A stretch of DNA of 64,000 nt from Gammaproteobacteria bacterium (GTDB lineage: Bacteria > Pseudomonadota > Gammaproteobacteria > JADZEE01), in the NCBI GenBank assembly GCA_050183625.1, contig JBFXBD010000014.1:14545-78544 (forward strand), read 5' to 3'. Position numbers and translations under genes: made by a program. Positions 58,263-64,000 of the stretch are shown here, piece by piece. Each line of letters starts with the position of its first letter. Position 1 is the first letter of the stretch. The notes under the pieces were generated by a model, which did not search any database, was not told where the DNA came from, and saw only the letters and a list, made by a program, of their open reading frames with translations.

Positions 58263-59165
58263 ATGGCACCCAAGACCCAAAATCTTGCCATCCTCTTCGC
58301 CGACGTGAGCGGCAGCACGCGGCTGTTCGAGATCCTGGGCGACGTCATCGCCCGCCACAAGATTGCCGAATGCCTGGCGCTGCTCACCGACGTGACCAAG
58401 CGCCACAAGGGCACGGTGATCAAGACCATCGGCGACGAGGTGATGTGCACCTTCCCGACCGCCGACGCCGCGGTCACCGCCGCCTGCGAGATGCACGAGG
58501 CGCTCGAGGACGAATCCACCGAGATGACCGAGAAGGGGCCGGTGTCGTTGCGGATCCGCGTCGGCCTGCATTTCGGCCCCGCCATCCTGGAAGGCGGCGA
58601 CGTCTTCGGCGACGCGGTGAACGTCGCCGCGCGCATGGCCTCACAGGCCAAGGCGGGGCAGATCATCACCACCCAGTCCACGGTCGAGGTGCTCGCGCCG
58701 ATGCTGCGGGCCGGCACCCGGTTCGTCGACCGCGCACCGGTGAAGGGCAAGAAGGAAACGATCGACATCTACGAGGTGATCTGGCAGCAGGAGGACGTCA
58801 CCCGCATGTCGACCGCCGTCAAGGTCGACAAGCTCCCCTCCGCCACCATGACGCTGCGCTACAACGACGAACGGATCGTCATCGGCGAAGACCGCTCCGT
58901 CGCCGTGCTGGGCCGCAGCAAGACGGCGGACGTTTCCGTGAACGAGAGCCTGGCCTCGCGCCAGCACGTGCGCATCGAATACCGCCGCGGCAAGTTCTTC
59001 ATCATCGATCAAAGCACGAACGGCACCTACGTCAAGCTCGCGACCAACGAGGAGGCATTCCTGCGCCGCGAGGAAATGCCGTTGTCCGGGTCGGGACGCA
59101 TCAGCCTTGGGCGCGCGTTCGCCGAGAACCCCCAGGAGGTCGTCCATTTCGCCTCCGATACCTGA
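58263..59165 (+). CDS. class III adenylate/guanylate cyclase domain fused to a C-terminal FHA domain
   Basis: Cyclase: ILFADVSGSTRLF, IKTIGDEVMCTF, GLHFGPAILEGGDVFGDAVNVAARM. FHA: VLGRSKTADVSVNESLASRQHVRIEYRRGKFFIIDQSTNGTYV, with the conserved G-R, S-x-x-H and N-G residues. Confidence 0.85.
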   Translation: MAPKTQNLAILFADVSGSTRLFEILGDVIARHKIAECLALLTDVTKRHKGTVIKTIGDEVMCTFPTADAAVTAACEMHEALEDESTEMTEKGPVSLRIRVGLHFGPAILEGGDVFGDAVNVAARMASQAKAGQIITTQSTVEVLAPMLRAGTRFVDRAPVKGKKETIDIYEVIWQQEDVTRMSTAVKVDKLPSATMTLRYNDERIVIGEDRSVAVLGRSKTADVSVNESLASRQHVRIEYRRGKFFIIDQSTNGTYVKLATNEEAFLRREEMPLSGSGRISLGRAFAENPQEVVHFASDT

Positions 59166-59267
59166 CGGCCCGGCGGCATGTGCGGGGCCCGCGAACTGCG
59201 CTCGTGGACACCGGCCCGTGCACGCGCGCGACGCGGGGCCGTGGACCACCCGCGGAATTGACCGACG

Positions 59268-60050
59268 ATGACCACGACTTCCCTCGGCTGGCATTCCGCG
59301 ACCGTCACGCACGTCGGCAACGTTCGCAAGCTGAACGAGGACTCGTGCCTGGATCGCAACGACATCGGCCTGTGGGTGGTGGCCGACGGCATGGGTGGCC
59401 ACGCCGCCGGGGATCTGGCCAGCCAGCTCGTCGTCAGCACGCTGGCGAAGGTGCCCGAGGGAAATTCCCTGAGCGAGTTCGTGGACGCGGTCGAGGACGC
59501 CATCCTGTACGCCAATTCGCGGCTGGTGAACCTGTCGGCCGAAACGCAGCAGACCAGCGGCAGCACCGTGGTTGCATTCCTCGCCCGCGAGCAGCACGGC
59601 ATCATGCTCTGGGCGGGTGACAGCCGGCTGTACCGGCTGCGCGCCGGGCGGTTGAAGCAGCTCACCACCGATCATTCCCAGGTCGAGTACTACGTCCAGA
59701 AGGGCATGCTGACCCGCGAGCAGGCCCTGAACCATCCGGCCGCGAACATGGTCACGCGCGCGGTCGGCGCCGGCCCGGACCTGTACCTGGATGTGGACGT
59801 CACCGACCTCATGGCCGGCGACCGCTATCTGCTGTGCTCGGACGGGCTGGACAAGCACGTCCCCGATCCCGACATCGCCGCGCTGCTCGGCATGGGCGAC
59901 CCGCAGAGCGCGGCGCAGAATCTCATCGACGCGACGCTCGCCCGCGGCGCGACCGACAACGTCACGGTCTCGGTCATCGAGATCAGGCCCGTGGCGAACG
60001 GCGGTAAAGCACCCGCCAGGGGCGCCGATAGCGCCACGGGCGGCGGCTGA
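59268..60050 (+). CDS. PP2C-family Ser/Thr protein phosphatase
   Basis: VGNVRKLNEDS, VVADGMGGHAAGDLAS, LLCSDGL, ATLARGATDNVTVSVIE. Confidence 0.9.
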   Translation: MTTTSLGWHSATVTHVGNVRKLNEDSCLDRNDIGLWVVADGMGGHAAGDLASQLVVSTLAKVPEGNSLSEFVDAVEDAILYANSRLVNLSAETQQTSGSTVVAFLAREQHGIMLWAGDSRLYRLRAGRLKQLTTDHSQVEYYVQKGMLTREQALNHPAANMVTRAVGAGPDLYLDVDVTDLMAGDRYLLCSDGLDKHVPDPDIAALLGMGDPQSAAQNLIDATLARGATDNVTVSVIEIRPVANGGKAPARGADSATGGG

Positions 60051-60082
60051 AGCGCCGACCGATACCGACGAGGGGACCGATC

Positions 60083-63000
60083 TTGGCCGACTTCAAGACC
60101 GCACTGCAGGCATTGGCGCGCAACGAGATCAAGCTCGAGGCGCTGGTGAAGAACATGGACAAGCTGCTGCGCAAGCAGCCTGCCCTGGCCCAGCAGATGC
60201 TGGGCGAGCTGCGGGATGCCTACGCCAACGACGTCATCGACGCGCGCACCTATGCGTCGCTGAAAAAGCGCGTGCAGGATGTCGCCGGGGCGGGCGTGGA
60301 AGCCGGCGGCAACGCCGACGAGCGCACCCGCGTCGCCGCGGGCGACGGTGACGAACGCACGCAGTTCGCCCCGGCCGACGACCGCACCCAGGTCCTGAGC
60401 GACGCGGACATGGCCGCAATCGCCGAAGAGGCGCGCGCCTCCACCCGCATCGACATCACCACCGGCGAGACCACCGGCGGCATCGACTTCGATCTGAGCA
60501 CGCCCTCCACCGGCTCGGGTAGCTGGACCGGCACCGCCACCGGCGCCGGCGCCAGCACCGGTACCGGCGCCACCGGCACGGGCTGGGCGCAGCCCGGGCG
60601 GCCGCCGGCGGCCGAGTCGGTCAAGCTCGGCCCGGGTTCGGTACTCAAGGAACGCTTCCAGCTGCTGGAAGTGCTCGGTGTCGGCGGCATGGGCACCGTC
60701 TACAAGGGCATCGACAAGATCAAGGAGGAAGCGCGCGACAAGAACCCGTACGTCGCGCTCAAGGTCCTCAACGAGGACTTCAAGCAGCATCCCGACGCCT
60801 TCATCGCGCTGCAGCGCGAGGCGAGCCGGCAGCAGAAGCTGGCCCATCCGAACATCGCCACGGTCTACGATTTCGACCGCATCGGCGGCACCGGCAGCAC
60901 CGTGTTCATCGTCATGGAGCTGATGGAAGGCACCCCGCTCAACAACTACATCAAGAAGACGGTCAAGTCCCGCAACGGGCTGCCGTTCGCGGAGGCGTGG
61001 CCCATCATCCAGGGCCTGGGGCACGGCCTCGTCTACGCGCACGAGCGCAAGATGGTCCACTCGGACTTCAAGCCCGGCAACTGCTTCCTCATCAAGGACG
61101 GCTCGGTCAAGATCCTCGACTTCGGCATCGCGCGCGCGGTGAAGAACCCGCTGCAGGGCGACGCCGAGAAGACCCTCTTCGATCCCGGCAAGCTCGGCGC
61201 GCTCACCCCCGCCTACGCAAGTGCCGAGATGCTCGAAGGCCTGGACCCGGATCCTCGCGACGACATCTACGCCCTGGCCTGCGTCGCCTACGAGCTGCTG
61301 ACGGGCCGGCACCCGTTCAACAAGGTGCCTGCGAACTCGGCGCGCGAGAACAAGCTCGTGCCGGCGCCGATCAAGGGCCTGAAGCGCAGGCAGCTGAAGG
61401 GGCTGCTGCGCGGGCTGGCCTTCAACCGCGAGGATCGCAGCCAGAACGTGCAGCAGTTCCTCGAGGAACTGGAGGGCACCAGCACCTGGTACAAGAATCC
61501 TTTCGTCATCGGCGGGGCGCTGCTGGTGGTCGCGGCCGTGGCCGGCACGCCGCAGATGATCAGCTACATGCACAGGAAGACGATCGACGCGGCCGTCGCC
61601 GACATCAACAGCGGCGACGCGGCACGCATCGTCGCGGTGCTCGACCAGTTGCCGACGCTCAAGCCGAACGAGAAGACGAAGTTCGATGCCGACGATCAGA
61701 AGCGCATCCTCGATGACGCGCGCGAGAAGATCCAGGCGTATTTCCAGAACCAGATTGCCGACCACACCGCCAAGGGCAGCTGGGCCGAGGCGCAGTCCGC
61801 CCTGGCGCGATTCACGTCCCTGTACCCGGACTCCTCCACTGTCAAGGAGACCACCGACAAGTTCGACGAGGCACGCAGCACCGCGGAGAACCAGTTGAGC
61901 GCCCGCTACAACCGCATCCTCGAGGAAGGCCGGCTGCTGCCCGACGAAGGCGCGGACGACCTGGGCGACGTGCTCACCGCGATCCAGAAATTCGATCCGC
62001 GAAACCCGCTGCTCGGTTCGCCGCGCGTGTCCAACGCCTTCCTGACCCAGGCCGAGCAGGCGCTCGCGTCCGGCGATTTCGAGCTGGCGCAGAAGCTGGT
62101 CGATACCGGCAAGGGCGTGGTCGCGCACTTCGCCGGCGCCAAGAAGCAGGACATCTACCTGGCCAATCTCGGCGACAAGGTGCGCAACCTGCGCGACCGC
62201 GCCGAGCAGGACCGGCTGATTGCCGGCGCGGAGCAGACCATTCGCGCGCAGCAATCGGCCTTGAAGGCGCTGCCGAGCTTCGCCGCGGTCGCCGACGCGG
62301 TCGTGCAACTGGCCGCCATCGCGCCGGCCAATGCCCTGCTCGGGGAGGTCTCCGGCGCCCTGAAGCCGGTGCTCGCCGCCGAAGTCTCGCGCATCCGCAG
62401 GGATCAGGACTGGGGCGCGGTCGACCCGCTGTTCGTCGACTACAAGCCCATGCTCACCGCGTTGCGCGCCGACGCCGAGCTCCCGGCGCTGGATGAGGAA
62501 CGCCGGGATTACAACCAGAAGGCCGACGGCTACCTGCTGAAAATCGCCGCGGCGCTGGGCCAGGGCCGCATCGCCGGCGCCGGCGCCGAGAATGCGGTCG
62601 CGATCGCGGACGAACTCGCCAGGACGCTGCCGGGCAGCACCCGCGCGTCACAGGCGCGCGACATGATCGCTCGTGCCTACCTGCGCCAGGCGCGCATCGC
62701 CCGTGCCGGAGACGACTACGCCAAGGCCCGGGCCCAGCTCGACGCAGCGCTTGCGCGCAAGCCCGGCCCCGACGTGCAACAGGCACTGGCCGCCGAGTCC
62801 AACATCATCAGCCGGATGGAGAAGCTGCCGGCGGCGGACCGCGACCGCATGAAGGCCGAGCAGAAATCCGAGGCCGCCTCCGCTGCGGCCGAGGTCGACA
62901 AGCTGCTGGCGCAGATGGAGCCCACGCGCCGCAGCGCGGCGGCCGTGCTCGCGGCCGTCGATCGGCTCGAGGCGCTCGATCCGCTCGCGCCGAAGGTCGG

Positions 63001-64000
63001 CACCACGCGCGCCGACGTCGGCGCCAGGCTGGCGGCGGCGGCCGACAAGGCCGGCACGACCGGCAATTGGGACGTGGCCGTGGTTTCCATGCGCGACGCA
63101 CTGGCCTATATGCCCGAGTCCGACAAGCTCGCCGCCACGCTCGAGAAGCTGCAGCAGGGCGCCAAGACCGCGCTCGCCGAGGCGCAGAAGCGCATCATCG
63201 CCGAGGGCAAGCAGAAGATCGCCGAGTTGATGGCGAAGAAGACTTTCGATCACAACTGGGACCTGGCGCTGACGAACGAATTCGCCCGCGTCCAGCCGCT
63301 GGTGCCAGACACCGATCCGTGGCTGGCCCAGACCCGGCGCGAACTCGGCGCGATGTACCTGGGCCGGGCCGCGCAGATGCGCGAGGAACAGCGTTACGAG
63401 GAGGCCGGCAGCCTGATCGCCAAGGCCGAACGCTACGCAGCCGATCTGCCGGCGTTCAGCACCGAGAAGGGCGCGCTGGCCGCGGCCCAGGCGGAGTTCG
63501 AGAAGGCGCGCCAGGCAGAGCTGCAGAAGGCGGAAATCGACAGCCTCAAGCAGAGCCTGGTCTCCCAGGCCAAGGCCAAGGACGTCAGCAACGCGACCAA
63601 GGCGCTCGAGAAGCTGCGCGCGCTGCTGCCGGCGGACGACGCCTTCCTCACCACGGAGATCCCCCAGCTCCTGGGCGACGCCTACCTGAAGACCGCCGAC
63701 GCACGTGCGGCCAAGAACGACTTCCTCGCCGCCCTGAAGGTGGCCAGGGAAGGCCTCACGGTCGCCCCGAACCACCCGGGCCTGAAGAAGGCCGTGCAGA
63801 AGTACACCGTCGACGGCGACGCCGCGGAGTTGAACCAGATTTTCGGCGGCGACTTCACGGAAATCGACGTCGCCCGCGTCGGCGCCCTGCTCAAGGAGGT
63901 CGATCAGGTCAACTCCACGCGCGGCGCAGAGCTGAACGCGGCCCTGGAGAAGAAGGCCGCGGATCGGATCCGGGCGCTGGCCGCAACCCAGCCGGCGATC
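60083..64000 (+). CDS. transmembrane Hanks-type Ser/Thr protein kinase with a long helical-repeat C-terminal region (3' end beyond window)
   Basis: Absent from the ORF track because no stop occurs before base 64000. I translated the frame by hand from stop TAG 60029-60031 to the window end and it stays open. The first start after a GAGGGGA RBS is TTG 60083; the alternative is ATG 60155. Kinase motifs: GVGGMGTVY, VALKVL, HSDFKPGN, ILDFGIA, YASAE. TM helix FVIGGALLVVAAVAG at ~61503-61547, then >800 aa of alpha-helical TPR-like sequence. Confidence 0.85.
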   Translation, partial: MADFKTALQALARNEIKLEALVKNMDKLLRKQPALAQQMLGELRDAYANDVIDARTYASLKKRVQDVAGAGVEAGGNADERTRVAAGDGDERTQFAPADDRTQVLSDADMAAIAEEARASTRIDITTGETTGGIDFDLSTPSTGSGSWTGTATGAGASTGTGATGTGWAQPGRPPAAESVKLGPGSVLKERFQLLEVLGVGGMGTVYKGIDKIKEEARDKNPYVALKVLNEDFKQHPDAFIALQREASRQQKLAHPNIATVYDFDRIGGTGSTVFIVMELMEGTPLNNYIKKTVKSRNGLPFAEAWPIIQGLGHGLVYAHERKMVHSDFKPGNCFLIKDGSVKILDFGIARAVKNPLQGDAEKTLFDPGKLGALTPAYASAEMLEGLDPDPRDDIYALACVAYELLTGRHPFNKVPANSARENKLVPAPIKGLKRRQLKGLLRGLAFNREDRSQNVQQFLEELEGTSTWYKNPFVIGGALLVVAAVAGTPQMISYMHRKTIDAAVADINSGDAARIVAVLDQLPTLKPNEKTKFDADDQKRILDDAREKIQAYFQNQIADHTAKGSWAEAQSALARFTSLYPDSSTVKETTDKFDEARSTAENQLSARYNRILEEGRLLPDEGADDLGDVLTAIQKFDPRNPLLGSPRVSNAFLTQAEQALASGDFELAQKLVDTGKGVVAHFAGAKKQDIYLANLGDKVRNLRDRAEQDRLIAGAEQTIRAQQSALKALPSFAAVADAVVQLAAIAPANALLGEVSGALKPVLAAEVSRIRRDQDWGAVDPLFVDYKPMLTALRADAELPALDEERRDYNQKADGYLLKIAAALGQGRIAGAGAENAVAIADELARTLPGSTRASQARDMIARAYLRQARIARAGDDYAKARAQLDAALARKPGPDVQQALAAESNIISRMEKLPAADRDRMKAEQKSEAASAAAEVDKLLAQMEPTRRSAAAVLAAVDRLEALDPLAPKVGTTRADVGARLAAAADKAGTTGNWDVAVVSMRDALAYMPESDKLAATLEKLQQGAKTALAEAQKRIIAEGKQKIAELMAKKTFDHNWDLALTNEFARVQPLVPDTDPWLAQTRRELGAMYLGRAAQMREEQRYEEAGSLIAKAERYAADLPAFSTEKGALAAAQAEFEKARQAELQKAEIDSLKQSLVSQAKAKDVSNATKALEKLRALLPADDAFLTTEIPQLLGDAYLKTADARAAKNDFLAALKVAREGLTVAPNHPGLKKAVQKYTVDGDAAELNQIFGGDFTEIDVARVGALLKEVDQVNSTRGAELNAALEKKAADRIRALAATQPAI

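Noticed and set aside
59825-63775. Minus-strand ORFs 59825..62308 (827 aa) and 62648..63775 (375 aa), the only long ORFs the track lists in this region.
   Set aside because: They lie antisense to a plus-strand frame that is open to the window end and encodes clear Hanks-kinase motifs. Their own translations are R/G/A/L-rich with no recognisable domains.

Overview
GC-rich (roughly two-thirds or more G+C by eye) proteobacterial chromosomal segment, densely coding on both strands.

**Layout**
- 1-26.5 kb: a redox and acyl-CoA metabolism neighbourhood. It holds 2 acyl-CoA ligases, 4 aldo/keto reductase paralogs, 3 SDRs, an ACAD-fold flavoprotein, an aldehyde dehydrogenase, a thiolase-like/DUF35 pair, an alpha/beta hydrolase and a nitroreductase. 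It is interrupted by a two-component pair: an HD-GYP response regulator plus a ~2000-aa multi-PAS hybrid histidine kinase.
- 26.7-27.7 kb: a lower-GC ~0.9 kb islet carrying a DUF433/PIN-like toxin-antitoxin pair. It lies between tRNA-Glu and a 24-bp duplicate of the tRNA 3' end.
- 27.6-36.4 kb: housekeeping genes, namely tRNA-Glu, tRNA-Ala, gltX, tRNA-Val, an AI-2E transporter, kup, a CaCA exchanger, leuD, leuC and a Sel1-repeat protein.
- 36.9-57.9 kb: a minus-strand two-partner-secretion operon. Its order is parvulin PPIase, TpsB (ShlB/FhaC-type), a 5651-aa TpsA exoprotein, then a tightly coupled SapC-family gene.
- 58.3-64 kb: a divergently transcribed signalling operon encoding a class III cyclase-FHA fusion, a PP2C phosphatase, and a large transmembrane non-RD Ser/Thr kinase. 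The kinase ORF runs off the window and is missing from the ORF track.

**Best candidate for an undescribed system:** the TPS operon with its SapC, parvulin and phospho-threonine signalling neighbours.
- The TpsA is built from 124-aa modules, including a near-identical 1116-nt higher-order duplication.
- I saw no CdiA-style toxin/immunity end.
- It ends in an unusual tail: coiled coil, acidic GEFDD repeats, then a proline-rich stretch.

Most long ORFs in the track that lie antisense to these genes are GC-driven shadow ORFs. All family assignments come from motif recognition by eye; no database search was run.
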